This document shows, one piece after another, positions 1-9,469 of a stretch of DNA of 64,000 nt. The stretch's first letter is position 1, and each line of letters opens with the position of its first letter. Source of the stretch: a virus. Below the pieces are notes generated by a model. That model ran no database searches. It was given only the letters and a program-made list of their open reading frames with translations, and was not told where the DNA came from. The stretch spans positions 33,311 through 97,310 of the IMG/VR virus record IMGVR_UViG_3300047321_000445. One strand, given 5' to 3'. Position numbers and translations under genes: made by a program.

Positions 1-1074
1 GACCGTGCCGCCGAGGCCCTGCGCGCGGCCGGCTGGACCGTCGTCATCGACATCGACGAGGACACCCGGCGCAGCTTCGCCGAGGCCGAGGCGGACCGCG
101 TGGAGCGCGCAGGGAACCGCGCCGACCGGTTCGACGGGTACGCCGACAACGCCGCCTCGCGCTCCGACGCCGCCTATGCCGGGGTCAAGCGGATCGCCGA
201 CGGGATACCGATGGGCCAGCCGATCCTGGTCGGCCACCACAGCGAGGCCGGGGCGCGCCGGGACGTCGCGCGTATGGACGCCGGGATGCGCCGCAGCATC
301 GACGAGGGCGACAAGGCCGCGCACTGGGCCAGCCGCGCCAAGGCCGCAGGCTCGTACGAGGAGTTCCGGAAGGCTCCGGGGCGCACGCTGCGCCGCATCG
401 CCAAGCTGGAGGCCGACCTGCGCCGTGTCGAGAAGTGGCTGCGCGGCGAGAGCGCGGGCGGCTTCACCCGGGACCTCACGCCCGCCACGGTCGCCGAGTT
501 GAACCGGCGCAAGGAGGAGCTGGAGGAAGAGATCGGGTTCTGGCGGCACGTCATTGCCAAGGCCGAGGAAGGCGGCTTCAAGGTCTGGGGCAAGGCCGAC
601 TTCAAGCGCGGCGACTTCGTCCTGTACGGCGGCACCTGGTACGAGGTGCTGCGCGTCAACGCCAAGTCCGTGTCGATCCCGCACATCCACAACGGCACCG
701 GCCGCAGGGTCGTGCGCAAGGGCGACGGCCACGTGGCGGACTGGACCTGGTTGGCCCCGTACGACGACGTGCGCGGCCGCAGGACGGCCGAGGAGCAGGC
801 GGCTGTGGAATCGCCCGCCGAACCGGTCGCCGAGGCCGCTGTGGAGGACGAGAGGCCCGCGCGCTTCGCCGTGGCGATCGAGACCGACGAGCGGGAGTGG
901 ATGCGGTTCCACGAGCGGGACCGCGCGGTCGCCTGCGCGGCGGGCTACGGGCTCGGTGAGGAGTACGTCAAGGACACCCACGAGCCGGCTGCCGAGGCCG
1001 CTGAGGGCGCGGAGAAGCCCGCCGCCGCGGTGCCCGTGATGCACGAGGACCGGTTCCTGCCGCTGGACCGCTGA
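1..1074 (+). CDS. DUF3560 domain protein (5' partial)
   Basis: GQPILVGHHSE signature; frame is open from base 1. Confidence 0.85.
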   Translation, partial: DRAAEALRAAGWTVVIDIDEDTRRSFAEAEADRVERAGNRADRFDGYADNAASRSDAAYAGVKRIADGIPMGQPILVGHHSEAGARRDVARMDAGMRRSIDEGDKAAHWASRAKAAGSYEEFRKAPGRTLRRIAKLEADLRRVEKWLRGESAGGFTRDLTPATVAELNRRKEELEEEIGFWRHVIAKAEEGGFKVWGKADFKRGDFVLYGGTWYEVLRVNAKSVSIPHIHNGTGRRVVRKGDGHVADWTWLAPYDDVRGRRTAEEQAAVESPAEPVAEAAVEDERPARFAVAIETDEREWMRFHERDRAVACAAGYGLGEEYVKDTHEPAAEAAEGAEKPAAAVPVMHEDRFLPLDR

Positions 1075-1172
1075 GCCCCTGGAGTTGCTGCGCCCCTGAC
1101 CCGGTCGAGTGGTCGGGGGCGCAGTCGCGTCCGGGGTCGGCTGCGCCCTGACCAGCAAGGTTTCCAGGAAGG

Positions 1173-1226
1173 GACTTGCTTTCACGTCGGGACGGGTGTA
1201 CCTTAAGTCTTGTGAACGGGGCACAC
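1173..1226 (+). promoter_or_regulatory. Repeated promoter/operator motif A, copy 1
   Basis: TTGCTT(1176)-17 bp-TACCTT(1199), spacer CACGTCGGGAC, downstream GTCTTGTGAACGGG. Confidence 0.8.
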
Positions 1227-1246
1227 CGCCCCCGAAGGGAGAGACG

Positions 1247-2086
1247 ATGATCGCCCACAAGCCCACCCTCGCCACGGTCCTCGCAGTCAGGCCGGCCCAG
1301 CTCACCAGCCTCACCCCGGTCGAGATCGACCGCATGAACCTGGTCCTCTGGACAGAGGTCGACCGCCGAGAGGCCGCCGTCGACCGGGCCGAGGACCGTC
1401 TCTTCAGCGCCCTGCTGATCGACAAGGAGAGCGTCCGCCACGGGCGCGGCTGGCGCCAGGTCTGGCCGGTCAGCGTGACCGAGGCGGAGCGGCTCGCCCG
1501 CGAACACCTCGACACGGGTTACGAGATCAGCGACCGCGACAAGCTGATGCGCGGCCTGCACGGCAACCGCTACGCCGAGCAGCTGGCCGCAGCAGTCGAC
1601 ACGCTGGTGGCCGGCCGGGCCGCGGTGAAGGAGCTCACCGGCGGTCCCGTCGAAGTCCTGGACGACGAGTACCGCCGTCGGGGCGGCTGGTCGCGCATGC
1701 ACCTCTGCCTCACTGACGGAGGCCACATCCACACCGGCCGCGAGTGCCCGAGCATCGGCCCCTCCACCCAGCTGGCATGGCTGCCCGAGGTCTCTGGCAT
1801 GGACTGGCGCGAGGCGTTCGAGACGGTGATCGCCAAGAGCATGGCGGGGAGCACCCAGGTGATCATGTGCACCAAGTGCTACCGGGACGCGCCCACCGAG
1901 TGGACCGAGAAGCAGGCCGACCCCAACGAGTGCCCCATGTCCCGCAAGGACGCGTTCGAGCACATGACGCCCAAGCAGCGCCGCCTGCACCGCAAGTACG
2001 CCACCTGCCCGGGGTGCCAGGAGGGCGTGAGCGTGACGAGCGCCTGGAAGTTCCGCAAGCACGGCAAGCCGCAGCGCGCGGTCTGA
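1247..2086 (+). CDS. Hypothetical protein with C-terminal Cys/His (Zn-binding) motifs
   Basis: RBS GGGAGA before ATG 1247; HIHTGREC, CTKC, CPGC motifs. Confidence 0.75.
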   Translation: MIAHKPTLATVLAVRPAQLTSLTPVEIDRMNLVLWTEVDRREAAVDRAEDRLFSALLIDKESVRHGRGWRQVWPVSVTEAERLAREHLDTGYEISDRDKLMRGLHGNRYAEQLAAAVDTLVAGRAAVKELTGGPVEVLDDEYRRRGGWSRMHLCLTDGGHIHTGRECPSIGPSTQLAWLPEVSGMDWREAFETVIAKSMAGSTQVIMCTKCYRDAPTEWTEKQADPNECPMSRKDAFEHMTPKQRRLHRKYATCPGCQEGVSVTSAWKFRKHGKPQRAV

Positions 2087-2170
2087 CCGGCAGCTGGCTG
2101 GGGCCTGGCACTCGACTTGCCAGGCCCCAGCCCCGGGCTCGGCCCCGGTCTGCGCGGGAGTCTTGGCGTC

Positions 2171-2220
2171 CGACTTGTTTTCACGTCGGGACGTATGTAC
2201 TCTAGGTCTTGTCAACGGAA
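2171..2220 (+). promoter_or_regulatory. Motif A promoter, copy 2
   Basis: TTGTTT(2175)-17-TACTCT(2198). Confidence 0.8.
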
Positions 2221-2241
2221 CACCGACCCACGGAGGACCCC

Positions 2242-2583
2242 ATGATGATCACCCTCGACCTCCCCGAGGCCCTGAGCTACGAGATCGTCTACACGGCCGC
2301 GACGACCTGCCTGGCCAACCGTCGCTCGGGCATCTTCGAGTCCATCTCCATCCCTGCCGCCGAGAACCCCGCCGACGGCTGGAACCTGCGCCTCGTGGCC
2401 CTGAACAAGAAGGACGGCAGCACGCTCCTGGTGGACCTGCTGCGCCCCGTGGACGAGCGCTCCCCGTTCGCCGCCAGCGCCCGCGAGCGCCTGGCCGGAG
2501 GCGAGCGCCTGGCCATGCTGCTGGACCTGCTGCCCGAGCAGGCGCGCGGCGAGGTCATCCGCATCCCGCTCACCCGGGACTGA
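2242..2583 (+). CDS. Hypothetical protein
   Basis: GGAGG RBS, GC3-rich codons. Confidence 0.75.
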   Translation: MMITLDLPEALSYEIVYTAATTCLANRRSGIFESISIPAAENPADGWNLRLVALNKKDGSTLLVDLLRPVDERSPFAASARERLAGGERLAMLLDLLPEQARGEVIRIPLTRD

Positions 2584-2663
2584 CCCACCCCCCCCAGCTC
2601 CGCCCCCGGCTACTCGACTTGGCCGGGGGCGGCCGCCCACCCACCCACCGGAAGGACCCCAGC

Positions 2664-3245
2664 ATGACGACCGCAGCCGCAGGCCTCGGCGGGCTCATCG
2701 CCCGCGCAGCCCCGTTCACCTCGTACCGCACGTACACGTACAACACAGACCCGAACGTCCCGGGCATCCAGGGGCTTGCCACGGTCGCCGAAGCCACGGA
2801 GCTGGTGCGCGCCCACGTGGCTGCTGACAGCCGGCTGCGCAGCACGGCGGCGACCCCCTACGGCGCGGTCATCCTGCACCAGGGCGACACGCATATCCGG
2901 CTGGAGCCGGGCATCGACGCTCGCCCCCAGCGGCTGACCGGGCGCCAGGCCGACGACCTGCTGCTGATCGGCCGTGTTCAGGACCGGGCGAAGGTCGTGT
3001 GGGAGCCGGCCAAGGGGTGGGCGACGGTCCAGGGCGGGGTGTGGCGCATCCCCGCGGTTTCCACGGAGCGGCTGGTCAGGCGTGGATGGATCGCCACGGA
3101 GGGCGCCGACGGGGCCCTGGTGACCGTCTCCCTGGCTGGGGTGGTCGCCCTGCAGTGGCGCTACCTCAAGGGCGAGCGGGTGTCGTCGACTGCGCGCTGG
3201 GCGGAGGACGTGGCCGAGCATGTCGTGGACGTATTCTCCTCGTGA
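2664..3245 (+). CDS. Hypothetical protein (possible C-terminal winged helix)
   Basis: GGAAGGA RBS; ERLVRRGWI...VSLAG pattern. Confidence 0.7.
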   Translation: MTTAAAGLGGLIARAAPFTSYRTYTYNTDPNVPGIQGLATVAEATELVRAHVAADSRLRSTAATPYGAVILHQGDTHIRLEPGIDARPQRLTGRQADDLLLIGRVQDRAKVVWEPAKGWATVQGGVWRIPAVSTERLVRRGWIATEGADGALVTVSLAGVVALQWRYLKGERVSSTARWAEDVAEHVVDVFSS

Positions 3246-3247
3246 CC

Positions 3248-3300
3248 CGACTTGCTTTAACGTCGGGACGCCTGTACCTTAGGTCTTGTGAACGGGGCAC
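3248..3300 (+). promoter_or_regulatory. Motif A promoter, copy 3
   Basis: TTGCTT(3252)-17-TACCTT(3275). Confidence 0.8.
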
Positions 3301-3328
3301 ACCGCCCCGACCGACCGAGGAGGACCCC

Positions 3329-3847
3329 ATGGCCATCACCACCGCGACCGCCACCGGCCAGGCCGAAGCCGACCGCCTGCGCGCCTCGGCCCGCCAGCAC
3401 GAAGCGGACGTGATCGAGTCCCGCGACCGCTGCGACACCGACGGCTTCCTCTCCCAGTGGGCGTCCGGCCGCATGGCCGGCCTGGACTACCTCGCGGCCG
3501 AGATCGCCGAGGCGGGCGGCAAGTGGGACTTCGGCGGCCTCTTCGACCTGGAGGGCAACCTGGTCCCGGCCATCCGGCTCCAGAACCGCTACGACGGCTG
3601 GTCCTGGAAGCTCCTGGACGAGCGCGGCCGGTGCGCTGGCTGGTTCAACGAGTCCAAGGCCAAGACCGAGGAGCGGCGCGTGGCCGCCCACGCCAAGCAG
3701 GGCTTCTACGTCGGCCGCGTCCGCGTCCCGGCCAAGGCCGAGATGCAGGGCGGCAACTACTTCTCGGTGCGGGCGGTCCCGGTCCGCCTGGACGAGGGCT
3801 GGGACCCGGAGGCCGAGATCCTCGACAACGGCCAGCCCACGGCCTGA
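3329..3847 (+). CDS. Conserved actinophage-type hypothetical protein
   Basis: GAGGAGG RBS; RCDTDGFLSQWASG motif. Confidence 0.8.
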   Translation: MAITTATATGQAEADRLRASARQHEADVIESRDRCDTDGFLSQWASGRMAGLDYLAAEIAEAGGKWDFGGLFDLEGNLVPAIRLQNRYDGWSWKLLDERGRCAGWFNESKAKTEERRVAAHAKQGFYVGRVRVPAKAEMQGGNYFSVRAVPVRLDEGWDPEAEILDNGQPTA

Positions 3848-3929
3848 CACCCCGCCCCTTGGCTGCGCCCGGCCACTCGACTTGGCCGGGCGTGGCCGCC
3901 CCCGCCACAAGCCCCAGGAGTAGAGCCCC

Positions 3930-4244
3930 ATGAGCAACCCGCCCACCTCCATCGCCGACCAGCGGCAGGCCTGGAAGAGACTTCGCCCCGAGGCTCTCGC
4001 CCAGCTCGCCACGACCATGAACGCCGCCGAGATAGCCGACGCCTTCGGCGTGGCCCGCCCGGCCGTGGAGCAGCGTCTCGCGTACCACGGTCTCGTCGCC
4101 TGCGTCGGTGGCCCCACGCCCCGCCGCAAGCTCGTCCACAACCGGCTCATCCACTGCCCCGCCACCACGACGCTCGGCACCGTCTGCGGCGCGCCCCAGG
4201 AGCCTGACGGCACCTGCCGGTGGGCCCACCAGCACACGGCCTGA
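3930..4244 (+). CDS. Hypothetical protein, HTH-like N-terminus with Cys/His C-terminus
   Basis: AGGAG RBS; AAEIADAFGVARPAVEQRL. Confidence 0.65.
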   Translation: MSNPPTSIADQRQAWKRLRPEALAQLATTMNAAEIADAFGVARPAVEQRLAYHGLVACVGGPTPRRKLVHNRLIHCPATTTLGTVCGAPQEPDGTCRWAHQHTA

Positions 4245-4341
4245 CACCCCCCTCCCTGGTTGCGCCCGGCCACTCGACTTGGCCGGGCGCAGCCGCCCCG
4301 CTCATCCATCCCCGCTCCATCACCCTCCCGAGGAGAGATCC

Positions 4342-4632
4342 ATGGACACCACCGCTGCATCCACGGCCGGCGCCGAGGACACCCGCCGCGACTGGGCCAT
4401 CGTCGCCATCACCTCCCAGTCCATCCACTGCGCCGACAGGCAGGCCGCCGAGGAGGTGGCTGAAGACCGCCCGCACCTCACGGTCGTCTCGCGGCCGCTC
4501 GGGGGCGAGTGGGAGCCGCTGTCGCAGCCGGTCGTCCCGGTCGACCTGGGGCCGCTGAGCGACGAGCAGCTGGCGGCGCTCCAGTTCGAGGCCGCGCGGC
4601 TGTTGGCGCGCCGTCAGGGCCGCGCGCTGTAG
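4342..4632 (+). CDS. Hypothetical protein
   Basis: GAGGAG RBS. Confidence 0.7.
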   Translation: MDTTAASTAGAEDTRRDWAIVAITSQSIHCADRQAAEEVAEDRPHLTVVSRPLGGEWEPLSQPVVPVDLGPLSDEQLAALQFEAARLLARRQGRAL

Positions 4633-4728
4633 TTCCTGCTGAGTCCTGCTGCGCCCCGGTCGACATGGCCGGGGCGCAGTCGCGTTCGGGGGTGGGCTGT
4701 GCCCTGACCAGCGGGTTTTCACCCCTAG

Positions 4729-4778
4729 GCTTGCATGCACGTCGGGACACGTGTACTCTAGGTCTTGTGAACGGGGCA
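4729..4778 (+). promoter_or_regulatory. Motif A promoter, copy 4
   Basis: TTGCAT(4731)-17-TACTCT(4754). Confidence 0.8.
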
Positions 4779-4805
4779 ACGCCCCACCCGACCGAGGAGG
4801 ACCCC

Positions 4806-5066
4806 ATGGACACCATCGCCGCCGACAACCTGACCGGCACCTACTACCCCGCCGCCCCCGGCGCCCGCACCTGGCGCGAGGCCCGCCCCCTCTACATCGG
4901 CCGCGACCGCGTCTCGGCCGAGATCACGGCCGACCGCCAGGGCTACGTCTTCGTCGGCCTGCACATGGTCTTCGCCGGGGCCATCCCCGCCGACGTCCAG
5001 GGCAGCGCCGACGTGACCCGCTGGGCCCGCGAGGTGGCCCTGTCCACGCTCACGCTCGCCGCCTGA
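4806..5066 (+). CDS. Hypothetical protein
   Basis: GAGGAGG RBS. Confidence 0.75.
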   Translation: MDTIAADNLTGTYYPAAPGARTWREARPLYIGRDRVSAEITADRQGYVFVGLHMVFAGAIPADVQGSADVTRWAREVALSTLTLAA

Positions 5067-5138
5067 CCCACCATCCGCCCGCCGCGCCCCGGCCGCTCGA
5101 CTAGCCCGGGGCGCGGCACCCACCCCGAGAGGAACCCC

Positions 5139-5660
5139 ATGGCCATCGCAGACCTGAAGCTGCTGCCCGCCGTCGCCTTCGACCGCCCCACCCAGGACGG
5201 CATGAAGCCGCTCCCCGAGGGCTACGACCCGAGCCGGCTGACGATCGTCCGCGCCGACCAGGTGCGCACTGGGGACCTGGTCGTCGGCAGCGTCGACCAG
5301 CCCCTGAAGCGCGGCAGCCTGCTCCGCTGGGCGACGTACCTGGCGGCCGCGTACGTCGCGCAGCCGGGCCCGTACGAGGCCGACTGCGCGTCCTGCCGGG
5401 CCTGGACGTCCACGCCCGTGCCGGATGCCGAGTGGGTGTCCCTGGCCCCGCACGTCCCGCAGCTCGCGGACGAGCTGATCTCCATCGTCCCGGCGCCCGA
5501 GCCGGTGGAGGCCGCACCGCGGCCGTGCGTGCACACCTGCACCTGCGAGAACGGCCGCCTGCGGCAGACGACCCGCAGCTTCTACCCGGCCGCCATCTGC
5601 GGCGACTGTCACCGCCGTCCGTGCGGCGCCTGCCGTGACGCGGCCCGCTCGACCCACTGA
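5139..5660 (+). CDS. Hypothetical protein with Cys-rich C-terminus
   Basis: GAGAGGA RBS; several CxxC motifs. Confidence 0.7.
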   Translation: MAIADLKLLPAVAFDRPTQDGMKPLPEGYDPSRLTIVRADQVRTGDLVVGSVDQPLKRGSLLRWATYLAAAYVAQPGPYEADCASCRAWTSTPVPDAEWVSLAPHVPQLADELISIVPAPEPVEAAPRPCVHTCTCENGRLRQTTRSFYPAAICGDCHRRPCGACRDAARSTH

Positions 5661-5729
5661 TCCCACCTCACGGCTGCGCCCCGGCCACTCGACTTGGCCG
5701 GGGCGCAGCACCCACACCGAGAGGACACC

Positions 5730-6305
5730 ATGCCCACCTTCACCTTCCCCAGCGGCGCGACCGTCGAGGCGCCCGACGGACTGCCCCTGTGTGAGCGGCC
5801 CGAGACCGTCACGGAGGACGTCGGCCGTTCCATCCTGGTCGGCCTGACCCGCAGCGACCGACCGGTCTTCTCCACCTTCTCCTGTGCCGCTTACGCCGCC
5901 CTCGGTCGCCTGTTCACCATGCGGGGGGACGTTGCCTACGACCGCCGTCGGGCCGAGCGGCTGGAGGCCCGCGGCCGGACCTGGCAGGCGGGGAACGTGC
6001 GCCGCCATGCCGACGAGCGGGAGGCGCGCAACGAACGGCTCCTGGCGCGCATGGTGGCCGACCCGGCGCCGTGCACGTGCGTGATCCCTTACGTGCCCGC
6101 TGTCGAGCTGGCTGAAGAGGTCGGGGTTCTCAAGGCTGACGTCCTGGAGAAGATCCGCGATCGTGCCGACCGGATGAGGGCGCTCGGGGGGCGGGACGTG
6201 GAGCAGCTCGTTTTCCGCCTGGGCCCCGACGGTGAGGTGCTGGTGGCGCCGATTACGGCTCTGTCGCTGCGGATGCACTTCGCCCAGCCTGCGCACCTGC
6301 GCTGA
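5730..6305 (+). CDS. Hypothetical protein
   Basis: GAGAGGA RBS. Confidence 0.7.
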   Translation: MPTFTFPSGATVEAPDGLPLCERPETVTEDVGRSILVGLTRSDRPVFSTFSCAAYAALGRLFTMRGDVAYDRRRAERLEARGRTWQAGNVRRHADEREARNERLLARMVADPAPCTCVIPYVPAVELAEEVGVLKADVLEKIRDRADRMRALGGRDVEQLVFRLGPDGEVLVAPITALSLRMHFAQPAHLR

Positions 6306-6407
6306 CGCCTGACCCCGGACGCAATACGGCCGTCTGCTGCTTCTCGACTAAGCGGCAGACGGCCGGCCCCCACCGTAGCAAGACTGAACCCCCGGAAGGA
6401 ACCGTTC

Positions 6408-7052
6408 ATGAGCACGACTACGCCCGCCAGACCGGACGTGCCCGCTCTCGCCCACGAGACCGCGCGCATCCTCGGCACTGACTGGCACGCCCAGCCGGAC
6501 ACGGACTGGGTCAGCGCCTGGGCGCTGCACCACCGGGACGGGCGCCGCGTCCGCCTGTACGGCCCGGAGTACGGCAACGAGGGCCGGCTGTACATGGAGG
6601 GACTGCTGCCGAACGCGCCCGAGGACGAGCGGCCGGACCGGACCGGCCTGGACTCCGGGAACATCTCCGTCGCTGCGTCCTCCCCGGCCCGCCGTGTGGC
6701 CGGGGAGATCACCCGGCGCCTGCTGCCCAAGCTGACCCCGGCGTGCGAGGAGTACCGCCGTCGGCTGGAGGAGCTGCGTACGGCGGAGCGAGCCCGCGTG
6801 GCGGCTGCCCGCAGCCTGGCGGAACTGCCGGGCCTGTCGGAGCCGCGCCGGAACTACCACGACCGGAGGGTGACGGCGTATCACCTGGCCTGGGACGGGC
6901 CGAGGCGCGGCGAGTGGCACGGGGCGAAGCCGTCCGCGCGGATCGACGTGGACGCAGACCGGGAGACGGCTGAGCCGCACGTGTGCATGGAGCTGCGGGG
7001 GCTGTCGCCCGAGCAGGCCGAGCGGGTGCTGCGGGCGCTCATCGAGCCGTAG
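6408..7052 (+). CDS. Hypothetical protein
   Basis: GGAAGGA RBS. Confidence 0.7.
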   Translation: MSTTTPARPDVPALAHETARILGTDWHAQPDTDWVSAWALHHRDGRRVRLYGPEYGNEGRLYMEGLLPNAPEDERPDRTGLDSGNISVAASSPARRVAGEITRRLLPKLTPACEEYRRRLEELRTAERARVAAARSLAELPGLSEPRRNYHDRRVTAYHLAWDGPRRGEWHGAKPSARIDVDADRETAEPHVCMELRGLSPEQAERVLRALIEP

Positions 7053-7113
7053 GTCTGAGCGTCGTGGGTGTGCCCCGGCCGGGTTGGTCGGGGCACACCC
7101 ATATCTGCCTCAC

Positions 7114-7166
7114 GTCCCGACTTGCTTTCACGTCGGGACTCATGCATGCTTGGTCTTGCGAACGAC
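7114..7166 (+). promoter_or_regulatory. Motif A promoter, copy 5 (perfect GTCCCGAC-N10-GTCGGGAC inverted repeat)
   Basis: TTGCTT(7122)-17-CATGCT(7145); preceded by a hairpin at 7066-7100. Confidence 0.75.
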
Positions 7167-7191
7167 ACCAGCGACCAGGGATCGGAGATCC

Positions 7192-7896
7192 ATGCCTCAC
7201 GCACGCGCTCAGCTCATCGGCGGCCGCGACCGCCAGTGCGACGCCACCGCCGTCTACACGAAGCACAACAAGGTCCGCGCCTACGTCCTCCTGGACGGCA
7301 TCGGCGACACCACCGACGTCCACCTCTGGACCCTGCTCACCGCCCGCCGCCTGGCCTACCAGGCGGCAAACGACGCCGACGCCGAGGCCGGACTGCGCAC
7401 AGTCCACGCCCGGATCGCCGAGGAGCGCGCCCCGCTCGGCTTGGCCGCAGACTTCGAGCCGTCCGCGGTTGCCGTCGTCGCGGTCGCCATCCCCGGCGAG
7501 CTGCTCCAGGTCGCATGGTGCGGCGACGCCCGCGCCTACGTCCTGCCCGAAGGCGGCGAGTTGCGGCGGCTGACGACCGACCACAACAAGCGCCAGTGGC
7601 TGATCGACCAGGACCTCCCGTTCGGCCCGTACGACCGTAACCAGGTCCTCTCGTACCTCGGCGACACCGCCGAGGACGCGTCGCAGCGGATCGGGACGGC
7701 ACTCGGTCCCGCCTCGGGCCGCCTGCTGCTGGCCTCGGACGGCGCGTACGAGCCCCTGGAGGACTCGTGCATGGACCTGTCGGCCTACCTCGTGGGAAGC
7801 CCGCGTAAGGCCGCCAGGGACTTCACGCAGGCCGCCATCGACCGCGGCTCGGCCCGCCCGGACAACGCCACGGCCCTGGTCGTCGACTTCGGCTGA
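7192..7896 (+). CDS. PP2C/PPM-family Ser/Thr protein phosphatase
   Basis: RDRQCD, LLDGIG, WCGDARAY, LTTDH, LASDG and DNAT motifs. Confidence 0.9.
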   Translation: MPHARAQLIGGRDRQCDATAVYTKHNKVRAYVLLDGIGDTTDVHLWTLLTARRLAYQAANDADAEAGLRTVHARIAEERAPLGLAADFEPSAVAVVAVAIPGELLQVAWCGDARAYVLPEGGELRRLTTDHNKRQWLIDQDLPFGPYDRNQVLSYLGDTAEDASQRIGTALGPASGRLLLASDGAYEPLEDSCMDLSAYLVGSPRKAARDFTQAAIDRGSARPDNATALVVDFG

Positions 7897-7979
7897 TCCC
7901 CGCTCACCGTCCGCCCCGGCTACTCGACTTGGCCGGGGCGGGCCGCCTCTTCCCACCACACCCACTTGAACGGAGAACC

Positions 7980-8549
7980 ATGGACGCTCACGAGTCCCGC
8001 AACTTCCTGGCCGGCCTGGCCAAGAGACTCCCCGCCGAGGTCACCGTCGAAGACCGCGAAGGGCCGGTCACCCGCGAGGCACTGCTGCGGGTCATCCGTA
8101 ACGACCTGCTGCCGGTCCTGGTCCGCAACCCGCTGCACCGCCACCCGCGCAGGCAGCTCCCCGCCCTCTACGGCCCGGTCGCGGCCGGCCTGCGTCAGGC
8201 CCTGGTCGCCTACAGCTCGGGCCGTGGAGAGGACTTCCTGCCCCGGCTGGAGCAGGCTCTCGAGGCCGCGGCGGCCGCCCGCAAGGCGGACGACTACGAC
8301 CCCGCCACGAAGTACGTGACCGCGACGTCCTGGGCAGTCTCGTGCACCCTGGGCGCGCACATCGACGGCGCGATCCTCAACGTCCACGACCTGGACCACG
8401 AGGCGGTCAACGGCCACGGCGGCTGGGGCGTGGTCGTCTGGCACCCGGTCCACGACAAGCGGCAGTTCCCCAGCCAGGACGCAGCTCGCGCCTACGCCCT
8501 GCGGATGGGGCTGCTGCAGCGCTTCGTGCCGAGCCGCGTGCTGGTCTGA
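7980..8549 (+). CDS. Hypothetical protein
   Basis: GGAGA RBS. Confidence 0.7.
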   Translation: MDAHESRNFLAGLAKRLPAEVTVEDREGPVTREALLRVIRNDLLPVLVRNPLHRHPRRQLPALYGPVAAGLRQALVAYSSGRGEDFLPRLEQALEAAAAARKADDYDPATKYVTATSWAVSCTLGAHIDGAILNVHDLDHEAVNGHGGWGVVVWHPVHDKRQFPSQDAARAYALRMGLLQRFVPSRVLV

Positions 8550-8642
8550 CGGTCCCTCGCTGCGCCCCGGTCACTCGACTTGACCGGGGCGCAGCCGTGT
8601 TCGGGGACGGGCAGGCAGCACTCTCCATCTTTCTTGGGGAAC

Positions 8643-8692
8643 CGACTTGCTTTCACGTCGGGACACGTGCATACTAGGTCTTGCGAACGGGG
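8643..8692 (+). promoter_or_regulatory. Motif A promoter, copy 6
   Basis: TTGCTT(8647)-17-CATACT(8670). Confidence 0.8.
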
Positions 8693-8731
8693 AACGGAAA
8701 GTCCGGCCCCACCAACACCGAGGAGCACACC

Positions 8732-9409
8732 ATGGCTAAGACCCCCGCCTACACGATCACCACCACCGACGACACCAAGGTGGACGAGCGGACCGAGGGC
8801 AAGGCGGCCGACAAGCTGGCCCAGAAGCTCACCGCCGAGACCGGCCTGGTCCACCGGGTCTACACCCCGACCGGCAAGCTCCGCCTGGAGACCGAGGTCG
8901 TCGAGCCGGCCCCGGCCGATGAGGTCCCCTCGGTCGACATCAGCGAGGTCCCCGAGGCCGCGCCGGTCGAGGCCGAGGCCGAGGCGGAGGTCGAGGAGGT
9001 CGTGGAGGCCGAGGTCGAGGCCGAGGAGGTCGAGGAGGCCCCCGAGACGGCCCCGGTCGAGGTCCGCGAGATGAACATCGTGGTGCCCAGGGACTTCGTC
9101 TCCTACGCGACGCTGATGGACCTGCTCAAGAACGACGACGACGCGGTCCGCGAGGACGCCGCGTCCGAGTGGGCCTTCCGCCTGGAGGTCTACAAGCGGC
9201 GCACGAACGCCAAGGACGCCTCGAAGCGGATCGTCGGCCCGGCCATGGCGGCGGCGCTGGAGCGCGGCGAGACCACCGACGGGCGGACCATCGCCTCCCT
9301 GGCCAAGCGGGGCCTGGTGGAGCGCGGGGAGGGTCTGGCCTTCACGGTGAACGAGGCCGGGCGCGCGGCCCTGGCCGCTGCGGTCGCCGCGGTGACCGAC
9401 ACCGAGTGA
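8732..9409 (+). CDS. Hypothetical protein with Glu-rich acidic linker and winged-helix-like C-terminus
   Basis: GAGGAG RBS; EAEAEAEVEEVVEAEVEAEEVEE; GRTIASLAKRGLV. Confidence 0.75.
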   Translation: MAKTPAYTITTTDDTKVDERTEGKAADKLAQKLTAETGLVHRVYTPTGKLRLETEVVEPAPADEVPSVDISEVPEAAPVEAEAEAEVEEVVEAEVEAEEVEEAPETAPVEVREMNIVVPRDFVSYATLMDLLKNDDDAVREDAASEWAFRLEVYKRRTNAKDASKRIVGPAMAAALERGETTDGRTIASLAKRGLVERGEGLAFTVNEAGRAALAAAVAAVTDTE

Positions 9410-9469
9410 TCGTCCCTGAGGTTGCGCCCCGGCCACTCGACTTGGCCGGGGCGCGACTGCTTCCCTGGC

